Part shown: one piece after another, positions 1 to 10,021 of the stretch
Position numbering within the stretch: the stretch's first letter is position 1
Layout: each line of letters begins with the position of its first letter
DNA from: Aureliella sp.
GTDB lineage: Bacteria; Planctomycetota; Planctomycetia; Pirellulales; Pirellulaceae
DNA length: 64,000 bases
Direction of reading: 5' to 3'
NCBI GenBank assembly: GCA_963691875.1
Contig: OY829846.1
Location: forward strand, 4,352,001 to 4,416,000
The notes under the pieces: generated by a model
What the model saw: the letters and a program-made list of their open reading frames with translations, nothing else
Databases searched by the model: none
What the model was told of the DNA's origin: nothing
Position numbers and translations under genes: made by a program

Positions 1-247
1 GATATTGATGCCGTCTTTGACGAAGCAGCGAACGATCCGTGTTTCGTCGCCAGGTCATTCCATCGGCCTCGATGATCCAAAGGGCCGATTGGCCGCTTGC
101 GCCACATGAGTTTTTCTTCCAAGCTGCTGACGAACACTGCCGCCAGAATTTGGCGGTCCTCTTCTAATGGTCGACAAAGGAATCGAGTGCATCGCGAAAC
201 TCCTTCGCCGATTCATGCGCGTCGAAAGGTAGTAGTTGATGTGCCAT
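1..247 (-). pseudogene. Frameshifted, 3'-truncated gene; possibly nucleotidyltransferase-like; may reflect sequencing errors
   Basis: ATG at 247 gives MAHQLLPFDAHESAKEFRDALDSFVDH*. Protein-like text continues by switching frames: LEEDRQILAAVFVSSLEEKLMWRKRPIG / LWIIEADGMTWRRN / RIVRCFVKDGINI. Confidence 0.4.
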
Positions 248-497
248 CAGTACTTCTTTCCTAACTCCACTTCTAGCCAAGAAGTGATGTCTTGTTTCCG
301 AGAAGTTGAGTGTTGGCTATTCGCTTGTCGTTCCGAAAGGCCTGGTTTCGATTACATTAGTCTCTTCGCACTGATCGATAAGTTTGAAGTTTGGCTAATT
401 CTATCGATTTGAAAGTGCCTCCGATTGTTGACGGCAAGCTCGTGATCCAATCGAAGATGCAGATCCGTCCTCAGCAGCACCTACTTTCTCAAGATTC

Positions 498-2009
498 ATG
501 TCCGCGTCGCCACTGCTTGAAATGCAAGAGATCTGCAAGCGATTTGGGCCAACGGTCGCTCTGGACAATGTTGGTTTGGAGGTGAATGCGGGCGAAGTGC
601 TGGCTCTGATCGGCGAAAACGGAGCAGGTAAAAGCACGCTGCTCAAAGTGCTGAGCGGTGCTCATCGTGCGGACTCAGGTCGCGTCAAGTTAGCCGGGCA
701 AGCATTTCAGCCAACTGGGCCATCGAGTTCCCGTCGTTCCGGAATCGCGATGATTTATCAGGAGCTGAATCTGGCTCCGGACTTATCGGTGGAAGACAAC
801 ATCTTGCTGGGCCAAGTCGGAACGGGTGGAGGTTCTCTTTTTCGCGCCAAGCAACGTGGGCGAGTCCAAGATGCGTTGGAAACGGTGGGTCTCGCAGAGC
901 TTGACCCGCGGGCAAGGGCAGGGGAACAGTCAGTAGCAACGCAGCAGCTTGTAGAGATTGCTCGGGCGCTAGCAAGTGACGCGAAAGTCATTTTGTTCGA
1001 CGAGCCGACCAGTTCTTTACCTCAGAGAGACGTTGCTCGGTTATTTGAGATCATCGATCGACTCAAGGCGACTGGAATAGCAATTGTTTACATCAGTCAC
1101 TTTCTGGAAGAAGTTCGTCGCGTAGCAGATCGATACACGGTGCTTCGTGACGGGCACAGTGTCGGAAGTGGTGATGTCGCCGCAGTTGCTGACGAGGAGA
1201 TCGTTTCCTTGATGGTGGGGCGTGATGTGGACGATCTGTTTCCCGTCGCACCGCACGAGCCACGGGATACTTGGGTCGAGGCAAAGGATATCACCGGTTT
1301 GGGCTATCCCAAGTCGGTAAGCTTGCAACTGCGTTCGGGAGAGATATTTGGAGTGGCAGGATTAGTGGGCTCAGGACGCACTGAATTGCTCCGCTGTTTA
1401 TTCGGGCTCGACACCGCGCGTGGAGGTATAAGCAAAGAAAAGCGTTATGTTGGCCCTGGAGTTCGCGCAAGAATGCGAGCTGGTTTTGGCATGTTGTCGG
1501 AGGACCGGAAATCAGAAGGGCTGGCACAGGACATGTCGATCATTGAAAATATCACGATTAGCAATTTACGTCCTTACTCGACGGTTGGAATCTTGAACTT
1601 GCGAAAGAGAGATGTCAAGGCGACGGAACTGATGCAGAAGGTCGAGGTGAAAGCTCATAGCGGCCATCAGCTTGTATCCGAGCTTTCTGGCGGCAACCAG
1701 CAGAAGGTTGCGATTGCCCGGATCTTGCATCAAGAGTCAGATGTCTTGCTCATGGATGAGCCAACCAAAGGGATCGACGTCGGTACGAAGGCTGAGATCT
1801 ATCGCATGATGGGCGAGTTGGCCGCAGATGGCAAGACAATAGTTTTTGTTAGTTCCTATCTGCCAGAGTTGCTGGCGGTTTGTGATCGGATTGGCGTGAT
1901 GGATCGAGGTCAGCTTTGCGAAGTCCGCGATGCGGCGGATTGGTCTGAGAATGATATTTTGAAAAGCGCCATTGGGTTGGCGGAAGAAGAGGCTTCGTCT
2001 AGCTCATGA
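498..2009 (+). CDS. Sugar ABC transporter ATP-binding protein (RbsA/MglA-like, two ABC domains)
   Basis: Walker A GENGAGKST, DEPT, second domain LSGGNQQKV and DEPTKGIDVG. Confidence 0.95.
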   Translation: MSASPLLEMQEICKRFGPTVALDNVGLEVNAGEVLALIGENGAGKSTLLKVLSGAHRADSGRVKLAGQAFQPTGPSSSRRSGIAMIYQELNLAPDLSVEDNILLGQVGTGGGSLFRAKQRGRVQDALETVGLAELDPRARAGEQSVATQQLVEIARALASDAKVILFDEPTSSLPQRDVARLFEIIDRLKATGIAIVYISHFLEEVRRVADRYTVLRDGHSVGSGDVAAVADEEIVSLMVGRDVDDLFPVAPHEPRDTWVEAKDITGLGYPKSVSLQLRSGEIFGVAGLVGSGRTELLRCLFGLDTARGGISKEKRYVGPGVRARMRAGFGMLSEDRKSEGLAQDMSIIENITISNLRPYSTVGILNLRKRDVKATELMQKVEVKAHSGHQLVSELSGGNQQKVAIARILHQESDVLLMDEPTKGIDVGTKAEIYRMMGELAADGKTIVFVSSYLPELLAVCDRIGVMDRGQLCEVRDAADWSENDILKSAIGLAEEEASSSS

Positions 2010-3043
2010 ATCAGTTCGCAAAGTTTTTTAGTTGGCTATCGCGGTCGCAGGCCGGGCCATTTTTCGCTCTCGTCGCGATTGTCCTGTTCTTCGCTGGCGT
2101 CGATTTCATACAAGGAAGCGGGACGTTTCTTTCGATGAATAACATCCGCATCATGATGGGCCCAGCGGCCCTGATCGCTATACCGGCTCTGGGTATGACC
2201 ATGATTATTATTTCGGGTGGAATCGATCTCTCAGCTGGCACTGCTCTCACGCTCAGTGGAACGGTAATGGCAGTCACGCTCAATGCTCTGCCGATGACGA
2301 GTGAAGAACCCAAGTTCGGATCCTACGTGTTCGGTGTCCTGATGCTAACCGTGCTTGTAGGTTCCGTATGTGGCCTTATCAATGGTTTGATTATTAGCCT
2401 TTCCAAAGTGGTGCCCTTTATCATCACGCTTGGAACCATGTCGATTTTTCTCGGCATTGGCCAAGTTGTTTCCGGTCAGGCAACGGTAACGGTAGGCAGA
2501 GACTATCGCCCGGGGTGGCTTGAAATGGGCTATACGGGTCCAGTTGCGGAGAAGTACTATTTGATTCCCTACGTACCCACCAATGCAATTCTTGCCATAG
2601 TGCTTGCAATTCTTCTGACCGCAGTGCTTCGATACACGGTCTTCGGGAGAAATATCTATGCAATTGGGAGCAACGAGTCTACAGCACGACTTTGCGGTAT
2701 CAGCGTCACTCGCACAATTCTTTGTGTTTATTGTCTGGCAGGCGTGTTTGTTGCCATCGGAGGTGTCGCAGCCCTCGCCAATAGCAAAACGATGAATCCA
2801 ATCGAAGGTCAAGGCAAAGAGCTCGAGATCATCGCCGCAGTTGTGCTCGGTGGGGGGAGCCTAACAGGAGGCCGAGGTTCGGCTATTGGGACTGTGATTG
2901 GCGCTATGATTTTCGTGGTGATCTCAAATGGTTGCACGATGTGGGGGATTTCGTCCACATACACGCATATCGTTATCGGTTGCGTGATCATCGTAGCTGT
3001 GGTGCTGGATCAACTCCGGCGACGGTCGCTCGCGTCAACCTAA
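2006..3043 (+). CDS. Sugar ABC transporter permease (RbsC-like, BPD_transp_2)
   Basis: IISGGIDLS, FGRNIYAIGSNESTARLCGI, AAVVLGGGSLTGGRGS; ATGA overlap with the ATPase gene. Confidence 0.95.
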   Translation: MNQFAKFFSWLSRSQAGPFFALVAIVLFFAGVDFIQGSGTFLSMNNIRIMMGPAALIAIPALGMTMIIISGGIDLSAGTALTLSGTVMAVTLNALPMTSEEPKFGSYVFGVLMLTVLVGSVCGLINGLIISLSKVVPFIITLGTMSIFLGIGQVVSGQATVTVGRDYRPGWLEMGYTGPVAEKYYLIPYVPTNAILAIVLAILLTAVLRYTVFGRNIYAIGSNESTARLCGISVTRTILCVYCLAGVFVAIGGVAALANSKTMNPIEGQGKELEIIAAVVLGGGSLTGGRGSAIGTVIGAMIFVVISNGCTMWGISSTYTHIVIGCVIIVAVVLDQLRRRSLAST

Positions 3044-3121
3044 TCTAATATCCACCCTCGTAGCTTCTGTTCAGTCGCTATGTGCCAGGCTGTCTTGTAT
3101 GTGGTTTGAGAACGCTCAGCT

Positions 3122-4444
3122 TCAAGCCCGGATTGCGACGCGAACTCCGCTCGACGGTCCCATCGTCACGTTTCGGCGAACAGGGTGAACTGGTCGAGTT
3201 TCTAGGAGTTCTAAGTCATATTGTGAAAAAATCGTTCCAAGCGCAATCGTCATCTCGTACAGTGCAAAGGCGGAACCTGCACACCGTCTAGCTCCGCCGC
3301 CAAACGGAAAATACTCGTTGGATGCAAAGTTGCGTTCCAGGAAGCGCTCGGGAAAGAATGCCTTTGCATCAGGGTAGATTTCTTCGTTGTAGTGGACCGC
3401 TACAGTCGCTGGTGCGAGTGCTACACCTGCTGGAAGTTGATACCCAGCAAATTCCATCGGTTTGTTCAGTACGCGCAAGACTTCTGTGACGATTGGGTTG
3501 AGACGCAGGGTTTCAGATACGACAGCTTTGAGGTAAGGCAATTTTGCAAGCTCCGCTGGATCGCTTGAATCGCAGGACGCGAGTTCTTGCTTGAGTTTTT
3601 CCAGCTTGTTGGGAGCGGAAAGTAGAAAGTAAGTTGCCCATGCCATCGCGATGGCGGACGTCTCGTGTCCAGCAAAAAGAAAGGTTCCCAGCTCGTCGAA
3701 AATTCGATCGGAGCTCATGCCGGAACCGTCTTCGTACCTAGCATCCATCAGGAGCGAGAATACATCTTCGCTTGGTTTGGGATTCTGCTTGCGTCGTGAC
3801 AGCTCCTCGTCGAAGGCATTTCGCAGTTGCTTGCGAGCTTCAAGGAATCGATCCCAAGGACTGAGCCCAAAGAAAGAGATTTGTGACCTTGGCGAAAAGA
3901 AGAGTATTGGCAACGATCTTCGAATCGTTTCCCTGGCACGTTGCATTAGTCGCAAGGTCGCGTCTTCGTCTTGGCTTCCCAGGATCGCTTCAATAATGAC
4001 TTGTAGTGAGACAGCTGTGGTCACATCCAGCATTTGGAAGGATGTCGCTGACTGTCGCTCTGCCATTTTCGCCAGGGTCGCCTGTCGCACGATACTGCCA
4101 TACGACTGCATCCGCTGCCCGTGGAACATGGGCATCATGAGTTTGCGTTCTTGACGATGTTGCTCACCATCGATGGCGAGCATTGAGCCAGCGCCAAGTG
4201 TTGGGACGAGGGCTCTTTTGCCGAAAGCATCGAATTCTCCTGCGCTATGGGAGAAAACTTGCTTGACTAACTTAGGGTTGCCAGTAATGACGATTGGCCC
4301 GTTCAGCGCATGAACCAGAAAGGGATCGCCATAGCGCTCGAACCACTTCGAGAATGCTTTTTGCGGATTCCTGAGAACTTGCAGTGTATTCAGAAGTTTG
4401 CTGCCGCCAGGACCGGGTGGTAGCCTACCGTTCAAATTGCTCAA
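3122..4444 (-). CDS. Cytochrome P450
   Basis: I-helix AGHETS, ETLR, FPERF, heme motif FGGGARRCAG. Confidence 0.95.
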   Translation of the reverse strand: MSNLNGRLPPGPGGSKLLNTLQVLRNPQKAFSKWFERYGDPFLVHALNGPIVITGNPKLVKQVFSHSAGEFDAFGKRALVPTLGAGSMLAIDGEQHRQERKLMMPMFHGQRMQSYGSIVRQATLAKMAERQSATSFQMLDVTTAVSLQVIIEAILGSQDEDATLRLMQRARETIRRSLPILFFSPRSQISFFGLSPWDRFLEARKQLRNAFDEELSRRKQNPKPSEDVFSLLMDARYEDGSGMSSDRIFDELGTFLFAGHETSAIAMAWATYFLLSAPNKLEKLKQELASCDSSDPAELAKLPYLKAVVSETLRLNPIVTEVLRVLNKPMEFAGYQLPAGVALAPATVAVHYNEEIYPDAKAFFPERFLERNFASNEYFPFGGGARRCAGSAFALYEMTIALGTIFSQYDLELLETRPVHPVRRNVTMGPSSGVRVAIRA

Positions 4445-4655
4445 TCTACTACCCTCCGCATATCAGATGAGCCCAGTTTAATTACCCCTGAGGAAGTTGC
4501 TGCGGAACACTGGGCAGATTGTAACTGGTTAGAATTCGGGGAGGATTGCCGCTGGTCAATGGTCCCGGTTCTAGGAGGTGCTTATGTTGCCGCGAGACGT
4601 CTCGGTAAGTTGCGTGGGCGAGACGAAATCGGCTAATTCCTACACTCCAGCCTGC

Positions 4656-5627
4656 TTACTTCCGAAATGAGGGCTTGTAGAACTTGCGGCCCATGTTGGG
4701 GTGGTAGGCGGTCCACTCGCTGTCGGTGTTGCGGTCAGCTTCGACGACTTCGATCGCGTTGTTAACTTTGGCATCGAGATCATCAATGTGAGCCAGAACA
4801 ATGGCTTCCAATGTCATTGGAACCTTGGGGCTACCATGCTCAAGCACTCCATGATGGCTGATCACCATGTGCTGCAGTCTTAAGAGAATCTCTCCTGGCA
4901 CTGCTTCCCCCGACTCGCGTTCGATGCGCAGCGCACGCTTTTCGAGTTCCGCTGCACCTTGTACCAAGTGGCCGAGCAACTGACCAGAGTCGGTGTAGGA
5001 CAGCTCACCGTCGTAGCTCAGCTCGTCCACTTTGCCCAAGTCATGCAAGAACACGCCAAGCAGCAGCATATCCACATCTAGCTGAGGATAGTTCGGAGCG
5101 ATCGCGACCGCGATGCGAAGCAAGTCGATTACGTGCCGCAACAAGCCGCCTTCGTAGGCATGGTGCGTTTTGATACCTGCGGGTGCACGACAAAACTTGT
5201 CCATTAATGCTTCATCGTTTAGGTATGAGGTTGCGAAGCGGCGCAGATGTGGATTGCTGAATCCACCCAGCGTGGAGTGCAGCTCATGGAGCAGCTCTTC
5301 CGCTTGCTTGGCATTGGTTTTGGAGAAGTCCTCGATGTTGACTTTGGCAGATGGTACGACTTCAAAGTCTTGAACAATGATCTGCAACATACCATTATGA
5401 AGCTGAGCATTACCCATCACGCGGATGTAGTCGCCTTTTTGAAAAGTCTCGTAAAGCGACTGGCCAGCATTCCAACGTAGTCCGCTTATCTGACCGGTAC
5501 GATCCATCATTTGCAGCAGCAGGTAATCATTACCCTGCCGGTTGGATCGCACTTGTTTGTCCGCCACACGGTAGATCTCATCGACGGAATCTCGATCGCG
5601 TAAGTCGGCGATAAACTGGCGTTGCAT
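4656..5627 (-). CDS. yhaM: OB-fold/HD-domain 3'-5' exoribonuclease, YhaM/CBF1 family
   Basis: N-terminal OB fold, HHAYEGGL, LHDLGK, SHHG..EHGSP, HIDDLDAK. Confidence 0.85.
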   Translation of the reverse strand: MQRQFIADLRDRDSVDEIYRVADKQVRSNRQGNDYLLLQMMDRTGQISGLRWNAGQSLYETFQKGDYIRVMGNAQLHNGMLQIIVQDFEVVPSAKVNIEDFSKTNAKQAEELLHELHSTLGGFSNPHLRRFATSYLNDEALMDKFCRAPAGIKTHHAYEGGLLRHVIDLLRIAVAIAPNYPQLDVDMLLLGVFLHDLGKVDELSYDGELSYTDSGQLLGHLVQGAAELEKRALRIERESGEAVPGEILLRLQHMVISHHGVLEHGSPKVPMTLEAIVLAHIDDLDAKVNNAIEVVEADRNTDSEWTAYHPNMGRKFYKPSFRK

Positions 5628-5909
5628 ACTGGAACAATTCTAGAAAACGTAGGACGCGAGCTTGTCGCGAGTGAGCGAATGATGACTCCAGGGATTGTAA
5701 CGCTGTAGCCTTCAGCCAGTTAGGCCTGATGCCAGCCTAGCGCGAATACAGGACGAAAGGAAAGATTTGCAGCCAAAATAGGCCGTGGACCTGCTCGAGA
5801 ATCGGCTTTGCTTGCTCTAGCTATCGTAAGATGGGCCCTTTTCAGGCATCTAGAACGTGGGTCGGCCGCTTAGCCAACCTGGAGATAGTCCTTTTTGTTC
5901 GAACTACTG

Positions 5910-8561
5910 ATGGGTGACACAGTGAGTAGTCTACTGAATCGCTTGTTTTGGGGCTTTTGCCGCTTCCTACTCGGCTTCCGTTATCGAACGCAAGTTGAAG
6001 GAGCCGAGCAACTCAAATCTTTGTCTGGCCCGACGCTCGTCATTCCCAATCACCCGGCTTACATCGATCCGCCGCTGGTTTCGAGTCACATACGACTGCA
6101 CAAGCCGCTCCGGCCGCTCGTTTACTCGGGCACTTATCGGATGCTGCCGCTGCGGCCGTTAATGAGCCTAGTAAATGCGTTCGAAGTGCCCGACATGTCC
6201 AGTCAGAGTCGCGACGCACAAGCTAAAGCACTCGAGATGATCGATGCAGTGGTTGGAAGGCTCGATGCAGGCGACTGCCTGTTGATCTACCCTTCAGGAC
6301 GCCTGCAACGCGGGAACGTCGAAGTTGTCGGTGCCAATCGTTCTGTCTACGAGATCGTCTCTAGAGTACCGAACTTGAACATAGTCCGCGTTCGCACACG
6401 TGGCGTTTGGGGCAGCTCCTTCAGTTGTGCTGAGTACGGCGAGACGCCCAACTTGGGATCAGCCGTTGTGAAGGCTATCGGATGGGTATTCGCGAGTTTG
6501 TTCTTCTTCCTGCCGCGACGCAAGGTCACGATGACTGTGGAGGTGATCAAGCCGAGCGAGCTGCCGCTGGAATCCAAGGATGAATTCAACCGCGCTCTGG
6601 AGGCTTGGTACAACGCAGACGGCGGCCAAGAGCCACAGTTTGTGCGATACAACCATTTGTTAGGTCCAAGCGAAGGCGAGTTTGGCAAGGGTTCGGCAGG
6701 TGATAGGTTTGATCTGGGAGCGATCAAGCCAAAGACACGTGAGCAGGTCAATGACCTCGTGTGTTCGCACCTGGGTCGTGAGCTCACGCAAGAGGAACTA
6801 GGGCCTGAGACAAAACTCGAGACAATTGGCCTCGACAGCCTTGATCGTATGGATCTCGCACTCAAGATCGAGCAACAGTTCGGATTCCGCAGTGATAATG
6901 TTGCAGAAACCATGGGAGCCCTGTGGGCGCTCGCCGACGGACAGCTCGGCCAAGCCAGCGAAGGCGCTACAGCTCCGGATGCTTGGTTCGCAAAACACGC
7001 TGAGCATGATGCGCCAGGAATCCTGGCTGACACGATTGCGGAAGCGTTCGTGAAGCGTTGCCTCAAAAGCCCCAATGATGTGATCGTCGCGGATCAGCTT
7101 TCTGGCGTTCTCAACCATCGCAAGATGCTGGTAGGTGCCAGTTTGATGGCCAAACGCTTCGCCAACTTCGAAGAGAAGCATGTTGGTGTGATGTTACCTG
7201 CCTCGGTTGCTGCCGATGTCGTTTTCTTCGCTCTGCACTTGGCCGGCAAGACGCCGGTCTTGATGAACTGGACCACAGGACCTGCCAACTTGGCGCACGG
7301 CGTTCAAGTGACGGAAATCAAGCATATTGTCACATCGAGCAAGATGATTGATCGGCTTGGAATCGAAGTCGAGGGAGCGGATTACGTCTTCTTGGAGGAT
7401 ATCAAGCAAGGCATTGGCAAGCCCGAGGCCTTGATGATGCTGATGAAGACGTACTTCGCGAACACTAGTTTCCTGAGTGCATTGCCTGAGCAGAAGCCAG
7501 ACGATACCGCGGTGTTTCTATTCACTTCCGGATCCGAAAGCTTACCAAAAACGGTCCCTCTGACGCACACAAACTTGATTGTCAATGTTGGCGATGGCAT
7601 CGAAGTGCTTGAAGCCACCAATGACGACTCGCTGCTTGGATTCCTGCCGCCCTTCCACAGCTTCGGAATGACGGGTAACTTGCTGCTTGCTCACTTGGCT
7701 GGCATCAAGTGTGTACGCTTCGCTGATCCGACCGATGCCTCTGGGCTGGTTCAAGCCATCGATGCCTACAAGCCCACGATGGTGTTCACCACACCGACGT
7801 TCCTGGGATTCATCTTGGCTACATGCAAACCCGGCCAACTCGACAGCTTGCAAACGATTGTCACTGGCGCTGAGAAATGCCCGGACAGCATCTTTGAAAA
7901 ATGCAAGCAACTGGCTCCGAACGCGACGATCCTAGAGGGCTACGGCATCACTGAGTGCTCGCCGGTTGTTTCCGCCAACTTGCGGCAAAAGGCGAAGTTG
8001 GGGTCCGTCGGCAAGCCGGTCAGTAACGTGAAGACTTGTATATTGGATGTGGATACCAACCAACCTGTTGCGGAGAACGAAACAGGAATGCTACTCGTCT
8101 CTGGCCCTAGCATTTTCTCTGGCTACTATCGCCACGATGGCCCATCTCCCTTCGTCGAGTGGAACGGGCAGCAGTGGTACAAGACAGGTGACTTGGTACG
8201 TCAGGACTCGGATGGTTTCCTGCACTTCCAAGGTCGTTTGAAGCGATTTTTGAAGGCAGGTGGTGAGATGATCTCCCTGCCGGCGCTCGAAGAACCCTTG
8301 TCGAAAGCATTTCCTGCAGATGAGAACGGCCCGAAAATAGCTGTCGAGGGCGTGGAGACACCCGATGGAAGACACATCGTTTTGTTCACCACCGTCGAAC
8401 TGTCGATTCGCGAGGCAAGTGATTTGTTGCTGGAAGCGGGGTTGCGAGGCGTGATGCGATTGGATGAAGTTCAACGCATCGAATGCATTCCGGTTCTTGG
8501 CACTGGAAAGACGGATTACAAGGAGTTGCGCAAGCTGGTGATGGAGGCAGCTGAAGTGTAG
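5910..8561 (+). CDS. Aas-like fusion: PlsC acyltransferase, internal carrier-protein domain and AMP-binding acyl ligase
   Basis: NHPAYID (HX4D), YPSG, GLDSLD (phosphopantetheine Ser), FTSGSESLPK, EGYGITE, YKTGD, GKTDY; start uncertain (TTG 5895 or ATG 5910). Confidence 0.85.
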   Translation: MGDTVSSLLNRLFWGFCRFLLGFRYRTQVEGAEQLKSLSGPTLVIPNHPAYIDPPLVSSHIRLHKPLRPLVYSGTYRMLPLRPLMSLVNAFEVPDMSSQSRDAQAKALEMIDAVVGRLDAGDCLLIYPSGRLQRGNVEVVGANRSVYEIVSRVPNLNIVRVRTRGVWGSSFSCAEYGETPNLGSAVVKAIGWVFASLFFFLPRRKVTMTVEVIKPSELPLESKDEFNRALEAWYNADGGQEPQFVRYNHLLGPSEGEFGKGSAGDRFDLGAIKPKTREQVNDLVCSHLGRELTQEELGPETKLETIGLDSLDRMDLALKIEQQFGFRSDNVAETMGALWALADGQLGQASEGATAPDAWFAKHAEHDAPGILADTIAEAFVKRCLKSPNDVIVADQLSGVLNHRKMLVGASLMAKRFANFEEKHVGVMLPASVAADVVFFALHLAGKTPVLMNWTTGPANLAHGVQVTEIKHIVTSSKMIDRLGIEVEGADYVFLEDIKQGIGKPEALMMLMKTYFANTSFLSALPEQKPDDTAVFLFTSGSESLPKTVPLTHTNLIVNVGDGIEVLEATNDDSLLGFLPPFHSFGMTGNLLLAHLAGIKCVRFADPTDASGLVQAIDAYKPTMVFTTPTFLGFILATCKPGQLDSLQTIVTGAEKCPDSIFEKCKQLAPNATILEGYGITECSPVVSANLRQKAKLGSVGKPVSNVKTCILDVDTNQPVAENETGMLLVSGPSIFSGYYRHDGPSPFVEWNGQQWYKTGDLVRQDSDGFLHFQGRLKRFLKAGGEMISLPALEEPLSKAFPADENGPKIAVEGVETPDGRHIVLFTTVELSIREASDLLLEAGLRGVMRLDEVQRIECIPVLGTGKTDYKELRKLVMEAAEV

Positions 8562-8666
8562 CGAGTGCTTGTTAATAACCTGAAGTGTAAGCGAGGAATG
8601 GTTATGTCGCCTTGCTTATGCTGCGGGTTGCGTGTGGGAATGGCATTTCTTCGTAGGTTGAAAAGC

Positions 8667-9401
8667 ATGATTGAACTAGACAACATCTCGAAGAAGTTCG
8701 GCGAGACACAAGTCCTGCAGCCAATGTCGATCGACATTACTGAGGGCCAGACGGTGGTGATGATTGGCCCCAGCGGCTGTGGCAAGTCGACTTTGCTGCG
8801 GATTTTGATTGGGCTGATCACAACCGACACTGGCGAGGTACGCTTTCGTGGCGAAGTCATGACGCCTGAGAATGTGCTCAAGATGCGACACTTGATGGGC
8901 TACGTGCTGCAGGATGGTGGTTTATTCCCTCATCTTAATGTGGTAGACAACGTTATGTTGATGGCCAAGCACTTAGGGCAGATGTCGCAGACCGAAATGG
9001 ATTCTCGGGTGATGGAGTTAGCCGAGCTGACGAAACTGCCGTTCGAGGCTCTTAGGCGTTTTCCAAGTGAGATTTCGGGCGGTCAGCGTCAGCGTGTGGC
9101 CATCATGCGAGCCTTGATGCTCGATCCGCCATTGTTGCTACTCGATGAACCGATGGGTGCGCTGGATCCACTTGTTCGTTACGACCTGCAGGAAGATTTG
9201 AAGCAAATCTTTACGAACTTAAAAAAGACTGTGGTGATCGTAACTCATGACATGGGTGAAGCCAGTTTTTTCGGTGAAGACGTGATGCTAATGTCGGGCG
9301 GGCGCATTTTGCAGCGAGGTGCGATTGAAGACTTTGTTCGCAGTCCGGCTGATCCTTTTGTGTCCCAATTCATCACGGCGCAACGTATTCCACAGGTGTA
9401 A
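8667..9401 (+). CDS. ABC transporter ATP-binding protein, osmoprotectant-uptake-like (OpuCA/YehX)
   Basis: GPSGCGKST, GYVLQDGGLFPH, ISGGQRQRV, LDEPMGALDP; start moved to ATG 8667 (MIELDNISKKFG). Confidence 0.88.
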   Translation: MIELDNISKKFGETQVLQPMSIDITEGQTVVMIGPSGCGKSTLLRILIGLITTDTGEVRFRGEVMTPENVLKMRHLMGYVLQDGGLFPHLNVVDNVMLMAKHLGQMSQTEMDSRVMELAELTKLPFEALRRFPSEISGGQRQRVAIMRALMLDPPLLLLDEPMGALDPLVRYDLQEDLKQIFTNLKKTVVIVTHDMGEASFFGEDVMLMSGGRILQRGAIEDFVRSPADPFVSQFITAQRIPQV

Positions 9402-9594
9402 TAGATGTGGACACCGAAGGTGGCGTTGAATTGAAGCGAAGGTTAATGTGAGCCGCATCGCCTTGAGGCGTCGGGCTCGTCCAGCTGCCCACCACATCCC
9501 GGATCAAAACTGGGAGAGACTCAGTAGGCTTATCGAAGCGGCTTCAGGTTTGTTTTAAATTGCCTGCTCGCTAGCAACTTCGCTAACCATCTAC

Positions 9595-9954
9595 TTGATT
9601 GACGCAAGTCTCTTTTCGAGCCTAACGAGGTTTGCGGCCATCCTCCCGTATGGTCTGGGGATTCTTCCTTCGATCGAGTCTCTTTCCGACAGAACGCCTG
9701 ATCTAGGGTTGCATTTTTGGCATTCGGTCGTGCTCGGCTGGGCTCTAGGACCTGGCATTCCGTTGGGTGTGCTGTTTGCAGCTCTCTTTACCGCGGCGGG
9801 GTACTTCGACTCGTCCGCAAATAGAGGCGCGTTTTTGGGGCTTCTCCTTGGGTCGTTATTTGCGATTTCTGTTGGATTGGTTGTTGCGGGTGTAGTGATT
9901 TGTATTTTCTGGCGCCGGACTGCGTATTCTGTTTTTGCTGATGCCCCAAAGTAG
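9595..9954 (+). CDS. Hypothetical small membrane protein
   Basis: 119-aa ORF with 2-3 hydrophobic stretches filling an intergenic gap; no recognised motif. Confidence 0.4.
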   Translation: MIDASLFSSLTRFAAILPYGLGILPSIESLSDRTPDLGLHFWHSVVLGWALGPGIPLGVLFAALFTAAGYFDSSANRGAFLGLLLGSLFAISVGLVVAGVVICIFWRRTAYSVFADAPK

Positions 9955-10021
9955 TATCACCTTGGCAGATGCCTGCTTATAATTCAAGAATAACCGTCCC
10001 CCGCCGATCCTGAGTGCCTGC

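Noticed and set aside
8559..8666. In-frame continuation from the Aas-like gene into the ABC ATPase
   Set aside because: The 34-aa extension is not protein-like, and the ATPase begins naturally at ATG 8667
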